Assembly: GCA_045641125.1 (NCBI GenBank)
Contig: JAZUGI010000024.1
Location: forward strand, 1,487 to 65,486
DNA length: 64,000 nt
Reading direction: 5' to 3'
Source: Akkermansia sp.
Lineage (GTDB): Bacteria; Verrucomicrobiota; Verrucomicrobiia; Verrucomicrobiales; Akkermansiaceae
Positions 9,918-20,276 of this stretch are shown here, piece by piece. The notes under the pieces are model-generated. The model did not search any database. It was not told the origin of the DNA and saw only the letters and a program-made list of their open reading frames with translations. The stretch's first letter is position 1, and each line of letters opens with the position of its first letter. A program made the translations under genes and the position numbers.

Positions 9918-11372
9918 ATGGAAGAAATTCAACTTGGTCTCACATTTGATGATGTGCTCCTCCTGCCTTGCCTGAGCACAATCCTTCCCGGCGAAGCCGA
10001 TCCGTCCTCCCAGCTTTGCCCCGGATTCTCCCTCCGCCTGCCTATCCTTTCCGCCCCCATGGACACCGTGACGGAGGTGGATATGGCCATCGCCATGGCC
10101 CGTGAAGGCGGCCTCGGCGTGATTCACCGCAACAACCGGATTGAGGACCAGGCCGCCATGGTGGCCAAGGTCAAGCGTTTCGAGAACGCCGTCATCACCA
10201 AGCCCATCACCGTGACGCGCGACATGACGCTGCGCCAGGTGAAGCGCATCATGGATGAGCACGGCTTCTCCGGCTTCCCCGTGGTGGATGCGGACAACAA
10301 GCTGGAGGGCATCATCACCGGGCGCGACATGCGCCTCTTCGAGGGCCAGAAACTCAGCAAGATGACCGTGGCGGACGTGATGACACCGCGCGAGCGTCTC
10401 ATCACCGGCACCCCCGGCACCACGCAGGAGGAAGCCCGCAAGATTCTCTACTCCAACCGCATTGAAAAGCTCCCGCTCGTGGACGAGAACGGCTGCCTGG
10501 CCGGACTTATCACGGAAACGGACATCCAGAAGCGCGATGCCTTCCAGGAATCCACCAAGGATGATCTGGGCCGCCTGCGCTGCGGCGCCGCCGTGGGCCC
10601 GGGCCCGGAGTTCTGGGACCGCGCACAGGCCGTGCTGGAAGCCGGTGCGGATGCACTCTTCATTGATGCCGCCACCGGCCACACCAGCCGCGTGCTGGAG
10701 GTGGTTTCCAAGCTCCGCGAGCTCGGCAAGCCCGTGGTGGCCGGAAACGTGGTCACCCAGGACGGCGCGCGCGACCTCGTGGCCGCCGGCGCCAGCGCCA
10801 TCAAGGTGGGCGTGGGCCCCGGCTCCATCTGCACCACCCGCATCATCTCCGGCGTGGGCATGCCCCAGTTCACCGCCATTCAGGAGGTGGCCAAGATTAC
10901 CCGCCCCGCCGGCGTGACCCTGATTGCAGATGGCGGCATCCGCTACTCCGGTGATGCCGTGAAGGCTCTCGCCGCCGGTGCAGACCTCATCATGCTCGGC
11001 GGCATGCTTGCCGGGTGCGAGGAAAGCCCCGGTGCCGTGGTGCACTACCAGGGCAGGAACTTCAAGACCTACCGCGGCATGGGCTCCCTGGGCGCCATGC
11101 GCGCCGGCTCCAGCGACCGCTACGGCCAGAACGCCAGCGGCAAGATGGTGGCAGAGGGCGTGGAGGCCCGCGTGCCCTACAAGGGCATGCTCGGTGATGT
11201 CATCTACCAGCTGGTGGGCGGCATCCGCTCCGGCATGGGCTACCTGGGCGCCAAGGACCTGGCCGCCCTGCGCGACCACGCCCGCTTTGTGCGCATCACC
11301 TCCGGCGGCCTGCAGGAGAGCCACCCGCACGATGTCACCATCACGGAAGATCCCGGCAACTACACCAGGTAA
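9918..11372 (+). CDS. guaB: IMP dehydrogenase
   Basis: 484 aa. It has [10 protein letters not shown], tandem CBS domains, the catalytic GSICTT loop and GGIRYSGD. Confidence 0.95.
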   Translation: MEEIQLGLTFDDVLLLPCLSTILPGEADPSSQLCPGFSLRLPILSAPMDTVTEVDMAIAMAREGGLGVIHRNNRIEDQAAMVAKVKRFENAVITKPITVTRDMTLRQVKRIMDEHGFSGFPVVDADNKLEGIITGRDMRLFEGQKLSKMTVADVMTPRERLITGTPGTTQEEARKILYSNRIEKLPLVDENGCLAGLITETDIQKRDAFQESTKDDLGRLRCGAAVGPGPEFWDRAQAVLEAGADALFIDAATGHTSRVLEVVSKLRELGKPVVAGNVVTQDGARDLVAAGASAIKVGVGPGSICTTRIISGVGMPQFTAIQEVAKITRPAGVTLIADGGIRYSGDAVKALAAGADLIMLGGMLAGCEESPGAVVHYQGRNFKTYRGMGSLGAMRAGSSDRYGQNASGKMVAEGVEARVPYKGMLGDVIYQLVGGIRSGMGYLGAKDLAALRDHARFVRITSGGLQESHPHDVTITEDPGNYTR

Positions 11373-11398
11373 TCATCCCTGAAAAACTTTGCAAATGC

Positions 11399-11428
11399 AT
11401 GGCGCACCGGCAGCGGTGCGCCATTTTG
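11399..11428. terminator. hairpin between the convergent genes guaB and the DUF456 gene
   Basis: ATGGCGCACC-ggcagc-GGTGCGCCAT is a 10-bp perfect stem followed by TTTT. Confidence 0.5.
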
Positions 11429-11475
11429 CATGGTTGCGGTGCGAGCGCCTTATGCGCGAAGCCTGCCGCTCCGGC

Positions 11476-11979
11476 TCACCACATGAAGATGAAGAAGAAG
11501 AGCAGCATGACAATGGCCACGGCGGAGCGGGAGAGCACGCCGGCCAGGTAGCCCAGGGTGGCGCCCACGCCGGAGACGGTGGACTTGCCCAGCTCCCTGC
11601 GCATAATGACCACCTCTGCCAGGAAGGCTCCGAGGAACGGCCCCACAAACAGGCCGATGGGGGCGAAAAACGCACCGATGATCACGCCCGGTATCACGCC
11701 CCACATGGCAGCCTTGGAGCCGCCGAACTTCTTGGCTCCAGCCATGGAGCAGAGCGTGTCCACAATCATTCCCAGCGCCATGAGCACCACCAGGATGCCC
11801 CACATCCACCAGGACGGGTAGGGTTCGCCGTGCGCCATGCCGGCACAGATGCACGCCCCCAGCACAAAGAGGTGCCCCGGGAACGGCAGCACGCAGCCCA
11901 CCAGTCCCACCGCGCACAGGATGACCGCCGCCGCATACAGCAGGCCGTCTGTTCCGTAACTGACGATGGTGTCCCACAT
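11476..11979 (-). CDS. DUF456-like small membrane protein
   Basis: 167 aa with 4 TM segments and glycine-rich helices. The family assignment is tentative. Confidence 0.55.
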   Translation of the reverse strand: MWDTIVSYGTDGLLYAAAVILCAVGLVGCVLPFPGHLFVLGACICAGMAHGEPYPSWWMWGILVVLMALGMIVDTLCSMAGAKKFGGSKAAMWGVIPGVIIGAFFAPIGLFVGPFLGAFLAEVVIMRRELGKSTVSGVGATLGYLAGVLSRSAVAIVMLLFFFIFMW

Positions 11980-12003
11980 GGCGGGTCGGGCGGTTCGGGT
12001 GTC

Positions 12004-13854
12004 TTAGCCGAGCTTCTGCTCCGCGTACCCGGCGCGCTTGCGCGCGGTGGCATCCAGGATACGCTTGCGCATGCGGATGAAGTGGGGGGTGGCCTCCACG
12101 AGCTCGTCCGGCTCAATGTACTCGATGGCGCGCTCCAGGGAGAAGACGCGCGGCGGGGTGAGCTGGATGGAGACGTTCTTGTTGGCGGAACGGTGGTTGG
12201 TGAGGTGCTTCTCGCGCGTGGGGTTCACCGGGATATCGATGGGCTTGGGGTTCTCACCCACAATCATGCCCTCGTACACCTCGTCGCCGGGGCCGATGAA
12301 GAGCGGGCCGCGCTCCTCCATGGCCTGCAGGGAGTAGGGGCTGGCAATGCCGCTCTCCATGGAGACGAGCGTGCTGCTCTGGCGGGTGGTGATTTCCCCG
12401 GCGTAGGGGGCGTACTCCTTGAAGAGGTGGGAGAAGATGCCGTGGCCGCTGGTGAGGTTCACCAGCTCGAACTCGAAACCGATGATGCCGCGCGTGGGCA
12501 TGGTGGCCTGAATGAAGGTGCGGCCGCTGCCGTTGGCCTCCATGTGCTCCAGTATGCCGCGGCGGTTGCCCAGAATGCGCACGGCGCCGTTCACGCAGTC
12601 GTCCGGCACCTCGATGAACACCGTCTCGAAGGGCTCCTCCTTCACGCCGTCCACATCCCGCAGAATCACCTTGGGGCGGGAGACGAGCACCTCGTAGTTC
12701 TCTCGGCGCATCTGCTCCACCAGAATGGCAATCTGCATGGTGCCGCGGGCGGATACCATGAACACGCCCGCCAAATCCGTATCCTCCACCTTGATGGAGA
12801 TGTTGGTGCGCATCTCACGCATCAGGCGCTCGCGTATAACGCGGCTGGTGACGTTCTTGCCGTCCTTGCCGCCGAGCGGGCCGTCGTTGATGCTGAATTC
12901 CATCTGCACGGTGGGCGGCTCAATGTCCACGAAGGGCAGGGGCTCGCCCTCGGGGTCCGCCACCAGCGTCTCGCCGATGTCCACATCCTCGAATCCGGAA
13001 AGGCCGATGATGTTGCCGGCCTCGCCCACGGTGGATTCCGTGTTCTGCAGCCCGCTGTATTCGAAAAGCTTGGTCACCTTGCCCTGCACGCGGGAACCGT
13101 CCGGGCGCAGCAGGTAGAGCGTGTCTCCCTTTTGCACGCGGCCGCTGCTGATGCGGCCCACCGCCACGCGGCCCACGTAGTCGTCCCAGTCGATGTTGGA
13201 GATGAGCATGCGGAACGGCTTTTCCGGGTCCGCATCCTTGGGCGCGGGAATGTGCTGCACAATCTGGTGCAGCAGGGGAGTGCAGTCCACGGGCGGCTCT
13301 CCCTCCATGCTGTTCATGAAATAGCCGTCCCTTGCAGAGCCGTACACAAAGGGCGCCTCAAACTGCTCCTCCGTGGCATCCAGCTCCAGCAGCAGCTCCA
13401 GCACCTGGTCGTGCACCTTCGCGGGGTCCGCGTGCGGGCGGTCGATCTTGTTGACCACCACAATCGGCAGCAGTCCCTCCTGCAGCGCCTTGCGCAGCAC
13501 AAAGCGCGTCTGCGCCTGCGGGCCCTCGTACGCGTCCACCACCAGGATCACGCCGTCCACCATCTTCATCACGCGCTCCACCTCTGCGCCGAAATCGGCG
13601 TGCCCGGGGGTGTCCACAATGTTGATGGTGTAGCCGTTCCAGTGGATGGAGGTGTTCTTGGCCTTGATGGTGATACCCTTCTCGCGCTCCAGGTCCATGG
13701 AGTCCATGGCGCGTTCCTGCACCTCCTGGTTCTCGCGGTAGGTGCCGCCGGCTTTCAACAGCTGGTCCACCAGCGTGGTTTTTCCGTGGTCCACATGGGC
13801 GATAATGGCGAGATTGCGGTACTTTGTGGTGTCACTCATAGTCGTGCGCGGCAT
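12004..13854 (-). CDS. typA: translational GTPase TypA/BipA
   Basis: AIIAHVDHGKTTL, DTPGHADFG and NKID G-motifs with EF-G-like domains. The likely true start is MSDTT at 13839. Confidence 0.95.
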   Translation of the reverse strand: MPRTTMSDTTKYRNLAIIAHVDHGKTTLVDQLLKAGGTYRENQEVQERAMDSMDLEREKGITIKAKNTSIHWNGYTINIVDTPGHADFGAEVERVMKMVDGVILVVDAYEGPQAQTRFVLRKALQEGLLPIVVVNKIDRPHADPAKVHDQVLELLLELDATEEQFEAPFVYGSARDGYFMNSMEGEPPVDCTPLLHQIVQHIPAPKDADPEKPFRMLISNIDWDDYVGRVAVGRISSGRVQKGDTLYLLRPDGSRVQGKVTKLFEYSGLQNTESTVGEAGNIIGLSGFEDVDIGETLVADPEGEPLPFVDIEPPTVQMEFSINDGPLGGKDGKNVTSRVIRERLMREMRTNISIKVEDTDLAGVFMVSARGTMQIAILVEQMRRENYEVLVSRPKVILRDVDGVKEEPFETVFIEVPDDCVNGAVRILGNRRGILEHMEANGSGRTFIQATMPTRGIIGFEFELVNLTSGHGIFSHLFKEYAPYAGEITTRQSSTLVSMESGIASPYSLQAMEERGPLFIGPGDEVYEGMIVGENPKPIDIPVNPTREKHLTNHRSANKNVSIQLTPPRVFSLERAIEYIEPDELVEATPHFIRMRKRILDATARKRAGYAEQKLG

Positions 13855-13934
13855 TCTACCACGCTTTCCCCCGGATGGAAAGTCTTTTGCAAGCTCAAAT
13901 CAATTGACTCCGCCCGCCTGTTGGGTTATCCTGT

Positions 13935-15125
13935 GTGCGTATGGCAGGCTTGATTATAGCGCCGAAGGCGCGCATCTTTCATGGGCACGATTGGGTGTAC
14001 GGCACGGAGGTCCGTGCGGTGTTCGGCAACCCGCAACCGGGTGACGTGGTGCTGCTCAAGGACCAGCGGGACCGCTACCTGGGTTCCGCCATGTACAACC
14101 CCCACTCCCAGATTGTGGCCCGCCGCTTCTCCCGCCGCAAGCAGGATCTGGACCGCGATTTCTTTGCGCGCCGCATCGGCATGGCCGCCGCCCTGCGCGA
14201 GCGCCTGCTCCCCGGTGAGAAACTGACCCGCCTGGTGTGGAGCGAGAGCGACGGCCTGCCCGGGCTCATCATTGACCGCTACGGGGATGTGCTGGTGGTG
14301 CAGACGCTCACCATGGCCATGTACCTGCGTCTGGGGCTCATACGCGATATCCTGGGCGACCTCTTCAACCCGCGCAGCATCATTGTGCGCAATGATTCGC
14401 CCATGCTGGCGGCGGAAGGCATTGAGCCGGAAACCTACGTGGCACGCGGCGAACAGCCGGAGCCTTTCGAGGCGGAGGGCCGCGGCATCAAGTTCATGGT
14501 AGACCTTGCCACCGGGCAGAAGACCGGGCTTTACCTGGACCAGCTGCAGAACTACGGGGAGGTGGCCAAGTTTGCCCGCGGCCGCCGCGTGCTGGACTGC
14601 TTCTGCAACCAGGGCGGCTTTGCCCTGGCCTGCGCCAAGGCGGGCGCCGCCTCCGTTACCGCTGTGGATATTTCCGAGGATGCCATCGCTTCCGTGCGCA
14701 AGAACGCGCAGCTCAACGGCGTGAAGGTGGATGCCGTGGCAGAGAACGCCTTCGATTTCCTGAAGCGGGAGAGCGAGGCCGTGCGCAACGGCGCGGAACC
14801 CAAGTGGGACCTCGTTATCCTGGATCCTCCCAGCTTCACCCGCAACAAGAAGAGCCTGGGCGGCGCCATGCGCGGCTACAAGGAAATCCACCTGCGTGCC
14901 ATGCAGATGCTCCCCGTGGGCGGCGTGCTTTCCACCTTCTGCTGCTCCCACCACGCCAGCGCGGAAATCTTCAAGCAAACCATTGCAGATGCCGCCGTGG
15001 ACGGCCACTGCACCCTGCGCCTCGTCAAATCACACGGCCAGAGCCCGGACCACCCCGTCCTCCTCAACATCCCGGAAACCGAATACCTCAAGGGCTACAC
15101 CTTTGAAATGGTGCCGGGCAGGTGA
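13935..15125 (+). CDS. rlmI: SAM-dependent 23S rRNA m5C methyltransferase, RlmI-like (PUA plus MTase)
   Basis: An N-terminal PUA-like region, then the DGLPGLIIDRYGD and VLDCFCNQGGFAL SAM motifs and DPPSF. Confidence 0.8.
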   Translation: MRMAGLIIAPKARIFHGHDWVYGTEVRAVFGNPQPGDVVLLKDQRDRYLGSAMYNPHSQIVARRFSRRKQDLDRDFFARRIGMAAALRERLLPGEKLTRLVWSESDGLPGLIIDRYGDVLVVQTLTMAMYLRLGLIRDILGDLFNPRSIIVRNDSPMLAAEGIEPETYVARGEQPEPFEAEGRGIKFMVDLATGQKTGLYLDQLQNYGEVAKFARGRRVLDCFCNQGGFALACAKAGAASVTAVDISEDAIASVRKNAQLNGVKVDAVAENAFDFLKRESEAVRNGAEPKWDLVILDPPSFTRNKKSLGGAMRGYKEIHLRAMQMLPVGGVLSTFCCSHHASAEIFKQTIADAAVDGHCTLRLVKSHGQSPDHPVLLNIPETEYLKGYTFEMVPGR

Positions 15126-15583
15126 TGCGGGAAAGCGTGGGGCACTCGGCGGCTTCCCTTTTTGGGGGTGCGGCACATGTTTCATCCGGGGCTTCCGTAT
15201 AGTTTGAGAGCGGGAGGCCCCGGTGCGTGCCTTGCGTTCACCGCTCGGCGCAAAAAAACGGCTCAAAGTGAATTTTTTTGAAAAAAAACGACATTTTGCC
15301 CTCCAGCCTGCTTATATAGGGTAGAGATTGCCATCGGCCGCGGGGGCGGCTGGAAGTGGCGAACTCACCCAAAATACATACAAAACCAAAAATTATGTCC
15401 GACATTGAATTCCACATCGAAAACAGCGTTGTGCCCAGCACCCGGCCCGCAGCGCACATCGTTTCCATCGCCCCGGTATGCCATCCTGGGGGCGCAACGT
15501 TGAACCATAGGCTTGAAAATGCGGCCCGGAACTGATAGACTCCCTATAACCTCAACCTCATCCCTCTATGGGACGCTAATGCA

Positions 15584-16195
15584 ATGAAAATGAACACCAA
15601 AACACAAATCACCGCATGGTGCCTGTGCGCGCTCATGCTTTGCGGCTGCTCAAAGGAAGCAGCCGGCATCGAAGACCGGATTTCCGACACCATGGAAATC
15701 TTAGGGGACCACCAGGGCAACATCAATCAGGAAATGCTCAAGGCCACCTTGGCCGGCGCGGAAAAGGGCGACCCCGAATCCGAATGGAAACTGGGTGGGC
15801 TGATGCTCATGATTTTCACCTACGCCGGTGGCGACGATGATGTGCTGGAGCTGGAGAACTTCTGGTTCCAGAAGGCTGCGGAGGACGGCTGTCCCTATGC
15901 CATGCTCGATTTGGCCATGCAGCTCAACGGCGTCAAGGAGCTGCCGGCAGAGAAACGGGCCGAGCTGGCCCGCAAGGGCGTGCAGCTCATCGAGGAGAAG
16001 GCCGAGAAAAACGAGCAGGACGCCCGCTACCTCAGCTCATGCTATGCAAACGGCCACGGCGTGGAGAAAGACCTCGAAACCGCATACAAGTGGTATGTTC
16101 AGTTCATCGAGAAGGCAGAACCATCCCCGGAGCGCAGAAAGGCCTCCATCGAGCGCTGGCGCGCCTCCTACAACATGCCCCCACTGGCAGAATAG
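15584..16195 (+). CDS. Sel1/TPR-repeat lipoprotein
   Basis: Lipobox ALMLCGCS and Sel1-like repeats (e.g. YLSSCYANGHGVEKDLETAYKWY). It ends in a genuine TAG stop. Confidence 0.65.
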   Translation: MKMNTKTQITAWCLCALMLCGCSKEAAGIEDRISDTMEILGDHQGNINQEMLKATLAGAEKGDPESEWKLGGLMLMIFTYAGGDDDVLELENFWFQKAAEDGCPYAMLDLAMQLNGVKELPAEKRAELARKGVQLIEEKAEKNEQDARYLSSCYANGHGVEKDLETAYKWYVQFIEKAEPSPERRKASIERWRASYNMPPLAE

Positions 16196-16247
16196 AACTC
16201 GGCTGCCTTAACTTTCACTTGAAACCACTTTACCATATACTCATATC

Positions 16248-16703
16248 ATGAAAATACAACACATCATCACCATTGCCGCAATGGTTGCGCTGCCCCTGAG
16301 CGCGCAAACCCCCGCCCCCGCCGCTCCCGCCACCGCCCCGGTTGAGCAGGCCGCCAACTTCGCCACGCCCGAGCAAGCCGTGGAAGCACTCAAGGCTGCC
16401 CTGACCCGCCTGTGCGACACCTTGGACGCATGCACCCCGGAGAACGCAGAGCAGAGCGCGGCCACCGTTCGCGAAAGTATTGACACCATCGTCAAGGTCC
16501 GAACGGCAGCCCAATCCGGTGTCTTCAACATGGATGATCTGCAGAAGGCCGTTGTCGCAAACGAAGCGGAGATGGGCAAGCTGTCAATCCGCATGGATAA
16601 GAGCGTGGAGGCTTTCATGGAACGCGCCGGCAAGGATACGACCGGGCGCATGAAGACGGTCATTTCTCCCGAAGAGCTCGACAAGGCTTTTAGCATGGAT
16701 TAG
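16248..16703 (+). CDS. secreted hypothetical protein
   Basis: Signal peptide MKIQHIITIAAMVALPLSAQ, then a Pro/Ala linker and a helical body. It ends in TAG. Confidence 0.5.
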   Translation: MKIQHIITIAAMVALPLSAQTPAPAAPATAPVEQAANFATPEQAVEALKAALTRLCDTLDACTPENAEQSAATVRESIDTIVKVRTAAQSGVFNMDDLQKAVVANEAEMGKLSIRMDKSVEAFMERAGKDTTGRMKTVISPEELDKAFSMD

Positions 16704-16864
16704 AAAAAGAAGGCATTTCTCTACGAGATGCCATGAATCCTCCATCAAATACGCGGATCCGGGTGTTTACTCATGCAAACTGGCACCCATGTACGCAGAT
16801 GGCCTGAATTGCGCTTCATTTAAAGCCAAGATAGACAGGACCATCAGGGAAAAGCCATCGCATT

Positions 16865-17527
16865 TCAACGTGTCGGCTGGTAGGGAGCGGCGTGGTCGTG
16901 GGTGAACTGCCAGCCGGGTTGGAGATAGCGCCAGAATTCAATGTGCGGGGAATCTTGTTCCTGCTGCATGCGCCGGGGAGTCATCTCGAAGGGGTAGATT
17001 TGCACGGGGATGCACGGCTGGCCGGCCTTGAGGGCTTGGTCCACCATGGTGTAGACCTCCTCAATGGCGGGATCCGTGATGGCGAAGCACCCCACGGAGC
17101 TGTCGCCGCCGTGCACCATGATGTAGCTGCCGGTACGGCCGAGCGAGCGGTCGTATCCGTTGGGGTACCCCACGTTGAAGGCGAGCCAGTGGTTGCTGAG
17201 CGGGTTGAGGGCGTTCGGGTAGACCTCGTAAAACCCCTCTGGGGCCTGGTAGTCGCCCTCCGCCTGCTTGGGCCCCAGCTCCCCGCTCATACCGGCAATG
17301 GGGTAGGTTTTGAGCAGGTGCCAGGCGTCACCCTCTTTCACATGCAGCTCCAGCTCCCGCTTCTCCTTGATGATGCGGATGAACACGGGCTTGCCGAAAT
17401 GCATTCCAAAAGCGGGTTTCACATGGCGGAACGCAATGGCCACACGGTCTGTTTCATCCGGGGTGCAGGAGGTGGGGAGCATGGCGAGAAGGGCGGCGGT
17501 GAGAAGCGCGGGGAGAGCTTTCATCAC
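16865..17527 (-). CDS. L,D-transpeptidase family protein (YkuD/YafK-like)
   Basis: Signal/lipobox (LPTSC), GDYQAPEGFY and the catalytic HGG...VGCFA motif. Confidence 0.75.
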   Translation of the reverse strand: MMKALPALLTAALLAMLPTSCTPDETDRVAIAFRHVKPAFGMHFGKPVFIRIIKEKRELELHVKEGDAWHLLKTYPIAGMSGELGPKQAEGDYQAPEGFYEVYPNALNPLSNHWLAFNVGYPNGYDRSLGRTGSYIMVHGGDSSVGCFAITDPAIEEVYTMVDQALKAGQPCIPVQIYPFEMTPRRMQQEQDSPHIEFWRYLQPGWQFTHDHAAPYQPTR

Positions 17528-18420
17528 GGTTTTGGCTGGGAATCTGGTTCTTGGGAAGGCGCGGGAACGGGAGTGTCCTCCACCACTTCCGCATCCACCA
17601 CGGTAGGTTCCGGCAGCGCGGCGGCGGGTTTGGCGGGAGGCTCGATTTCAGCGGGGGTGATATCCTGTTCCGCTTCCGCTTGCGGTTCGGGCTCGGGTGC
17701 AGGTTCGGGCTCCGGCAGGGAATCCGGTGCCTTGGCGGGCCGCTTCCTGTTCGTAAAGGCTTGGAGTATGCACATGGCCAGTGCAAACACGCCGAAGAAG
17801 ATGCCCGGCAGCAGCGCGCATATCCAAGGGTGGAACTTCACGGGCTGCGCCACATCGTACAGCAGGGAATCCGGCGAGACATCGCCCGCCAGCCACCACC
17901 ACAGCATATCGCTGAGCACAAACCACAGCGCCAGGCTGACCAGCACCGTGACCAGCACCCGCACGCGCGTGGCCGCGCACAGCAAGGCCAGGATGCACGC
18001 GCAAAGGGCCAGGGATACCATCGCGCCGTCCGTGTCCGGCATCTGCATGAAAGCCACGGCCTCCCTGCAGGAATCCAGCGGTGCGGGCAGCAGCAGGTGC
18101 GGGCCGAACACCATGCAGGTGAGCCAGCCCAGTGAAAGCGGGAAGGCGATGCCCAGCACGGCGTTCCACAGCGCACCGAGCGCGTGCGGCACAAAGGCCA
18201 GCCCCAGCAGCACGGCAAAGAAAAGGGTTTTCCAGCTCAGCACGCTCACGGGGAAAATCCCGCCACTGGTGGCCGCGTATTCACGCAGCAAATCCAGCAG
18301 GCTGGCATGCGGCGGCAGGGTGAGGCAGCATGCCGCCAGGAGCATCAGCACCAGCGCAAGCCACAGCCGCACCGCCGTGCAGAGGTGCCGCATGTTCGCC
18401 GCTATGAATTCACCAATCAT
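17524..18420 (-). CDS. polytopic membrane protein with Pro/Glu-rich C-terminal tail
   Basis: 298 aa with multiple TM helices and a C-terminal PEPEPAPEPEPQAEAE low-complexity tail. Confidence 0.5.
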   Translation of the reverse strand: MIGEFIAANMRHLCTAVRLWLALVLMLLAACCLTLPPHASLLDLLREYAATSGGIFPVSVLSWKTLFFAVLLGLAFVPHALGALWNAVLGIAFPLSLGWLTCMVFGPHLLLPAPLDSCREAVAFMQMPDTDGAMVSLALCACILALLCAATRVRVLVTVLVSLALWFVLSDMLWWWLAGDVSPDSLLYDVAQPVKFHPWICALLPGIFFGVFALAMCILQAFTNRKRPAKAPDSLPEPEPAPEPEPQAEAEQDITPAEIEPPAKPAAALPEPTVVDAEVVEDTPVPAPSQEPDSQPKP

Positions 18421-18423
18421 GGA

Positions 18424-19110
18424 TTACAGGCCCAACAGGCAGCGGCAGGCGAAGGACAGGGTGGCGCAATCCTCCCCGCTGTGCGTCTCCAGCACTTCCG
18501 CCGCCGGGTATTTGGCTCGCAGGGAGGAAGAGGGGTTCACCAGCACGGTGCGGTCGCAGATGCCCATGAGCGCCTCGTCTGCCGCGCTGTCCGTGTAGAG
18601 CACATCCGCATGGGTGATGGCCAGGCTCCGCAGGCGGATGAGCTTGTTTTCTCCCTTGTTGTTGCCGGGGGCGGCAAGCTGCGGCAGCAGGGGCACGCGC
18701 TCCCCGGTGGCAACGGGGGTGCCGATGGTGTAGTCGAACTTGAGCTCGCGGCCCAGCAGGCGGGTCCACCAGCCGGGGGAGGCGGAGCAGAGCACGGTGC
18801 GGTCACCCGCGCGGTGGTGGTGGTCCAGGCGTTCGCGCAGGGCGGGGTAGACGGCGGGCAGCAGCTCCTCCTGCACCATGGCGGCGCATTCCGCCTCCAG
18901 CACCTCCCTGGGCATGCGCCACACCAGGGAGAGGAAGGCGCGTTTCATGAAAGATGTGCCCACCAGGCGCAGCCCGCGCAGAATGCCCACGGGCAGCACC
19001 AGCAGCAGGTACAGGCGCCGCGCGCCGTGGCGTTTCAGGATGCGCCGCGCAAAGCGCAGCTGGGAGTCTCCCGGGAACAGGGTCCCGTCCATGTCGAAGA
19101 TAGCAGTCAT
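18424..19110 (-). CDS. HAD-IB family hydrolase
   Basis: The start MTAIFDMDGTLF (DxDGT motif I) and a C-terminal YTDSAADEAL (motif IV). It has a 4-nt overlap with the upstream rhomboid gene. Confidence 0.7.
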   Translation of the reverse strand: MTAIFDMDGTLFPGDSQLRFARRILKRHGARRLYLLLVLPVGILRGLRLVGTSFMKRAFLSLVWRMPREVLEAECAAMVQEELLPAVYPALRERLDHHHRAGDRTVLCSASPGWWTRLLGRELKFDYTIGTPVATGERVPLLPQLAAPGNNKGENKLIRLRSLAITHADVLYTDSAADEALMGICDRTVLVNPSSSLRAKYPAAEVLETHSGEDCATLSFACRCLLGL

Positions 19111-19883
19111 TGTTTGTTGTTGGTGATGATGCGCCATTTCCATACGAGCATAACGATGGCGCCGAGGATGATGCCGCCGAGGTGTCCGGCCTCACCGCCG
19201 GCGTTGCCGAAGTTGAAGACGATCACGACGGTGGCGATGCCGATGACCGCCCACGCGAAGGTGCGCAGCTGCAGCGTGATGGGCGGGAAGAGCAGGCGCA
19301 GCTGCGCATCCGGGAACATGAACGCGGCAGCCACCATCACGCCGTAGATGGAGGCGGAGGCCCCCACCATGGGCATCAGCTCCCACGGGGTCGCCGGGGT
19401 GCTGTAGCCCGCATAGGCCACCAGGCGGTTGCAGAAGTCTGCGAAATCCGGGGTGTCCGGAATGGAGCTGTACACGCCGTAGTACGCCAGCAGGGAGGAG
19501 AAGAGCGCGCCCGCCACGCCGCAGGCCAGGTAGTACGCCACATAGCGGCGGGAGCCCATGATTTGCTCCACCACGGGGCCGAAGAAGTACAGGGCCCACA
19601 TGTTGAACACCAGGTGCCCCAGATTGGCGTGCACAAACTGGTAGGTAATCAGGCGCCAGAGTTGCCCGTTGCTGAATGTGAGGTACCAGGAGTGCGCGCC
19701 CAGGAGCTCGAAGATGGAGACGGGGCCACCCTCCGGTACGGCAATGCACATGAATGCTTGGCGCTGCACCATCAGCCCCACCACGAAGATGAGGATGTTC
19801 AGGAAGAGCAGGGATTGTGTGACGGTGAGGCGGTACTGGTTCATCTTGGCAAGTGTGACACGGCTGCGTGCCTGTTTGTTCAA
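19107..19883 (-). CDS. rhomboid-family intramembrane serine protease
   Basis: WRLITYQFVHANLGHLVFNM and the catalytic GASASIYG with a downstream His-containing helix. Confidence 0.8.
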   Translation of the reverse strand: MNKQARSRVTLAKMNQYRLTVTQSLLFLNILIFVVGLMVQRQAFMCIAVPEGGPVSIFELLGAHSWYLTFSNGQLWRLITYQFVHANLGHLVFNMWALYFFGPVVEQIMGSRRYVAYYLACGVAGALFSSLLAYYGVYSSIPDTPDFADFCNRLVAYAGYSTPATPWELMPMVGASASIYGVMVAAAFMFPDAQLRLLFPPITLQLRTFAWAVIGIATVVIVFNFGNAGGEAGHLGGIILGAIVMLVWKWRIITNNKQ

Positions 19884-19889
19884 CCCGCG

Positions 19890-20276
19890 TTAGGGGAGCC
19901 GCCCGGCAATGCCGGCAATCTCCTCCTCTGTGAGGATGTGTTCCATCTGGCAGGCGGCTTCCTCCGCGCGGGATTCGGAGAGCCCTGCACATTCCCGCAT
20001 GAAGCGGCACAGCGTGCGGTGCGCGGCCATCACCCGCTCCGCGTAGGCGCGCCCCTTGGCCGTGAGCTGCACGGGCGCATACGGAGCGTAGGTGATAAGC
20101 CCCTCCGCCGCGAGCTTGCGCAGGGCGGCGGTGACGCTGGGCATGCGCACGCCCAGCAGCTCTGCAATGCCGCTGGCCTGGGCCTGCCCCTGCTGCTTGC
20201 AAAGGGTGCCTATGGCCTCCAGGTAGTCCTCCGCGCTGCGGCCCAGACGCTCGATGTCTGTGGCATCCGCGGTCAT
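19890..20276 (-). CDS. DtxR/MntR-family metal-dependent transcriptional regulator
   Basis: EDYLEAI...IAELLGVRMPSVTAALRKLAAEGLI is a winged-HTH, followed by a metal-binding helix. The start is taken at MTADATD. Confidence 0.75.
   Translation of the reverse strand: MTADATDIERLGRSAEDYLEAIGTLCKQQGQAQASGIAELLGVRMPSVTAALRKLAAEGLITYAPYAPVQLTAKGRAYAERVMAAHRTLCRFMRECAGLSESRAEEAACQMEHILTEEEIAGIAGRLP

Noticed and set aside
15396-15539. A 47-aa ORF (MSDIEFHIENSVVPS...) in the lower-GC 460-bp gap between rlmI and the Sel1 lipoprotein gene. It could be a small peptide or a leader.
   Set aside because: It has no recognisable motif, ribosome-binding site or neighbouring modification genes. Support is insufficient to call it a gene.
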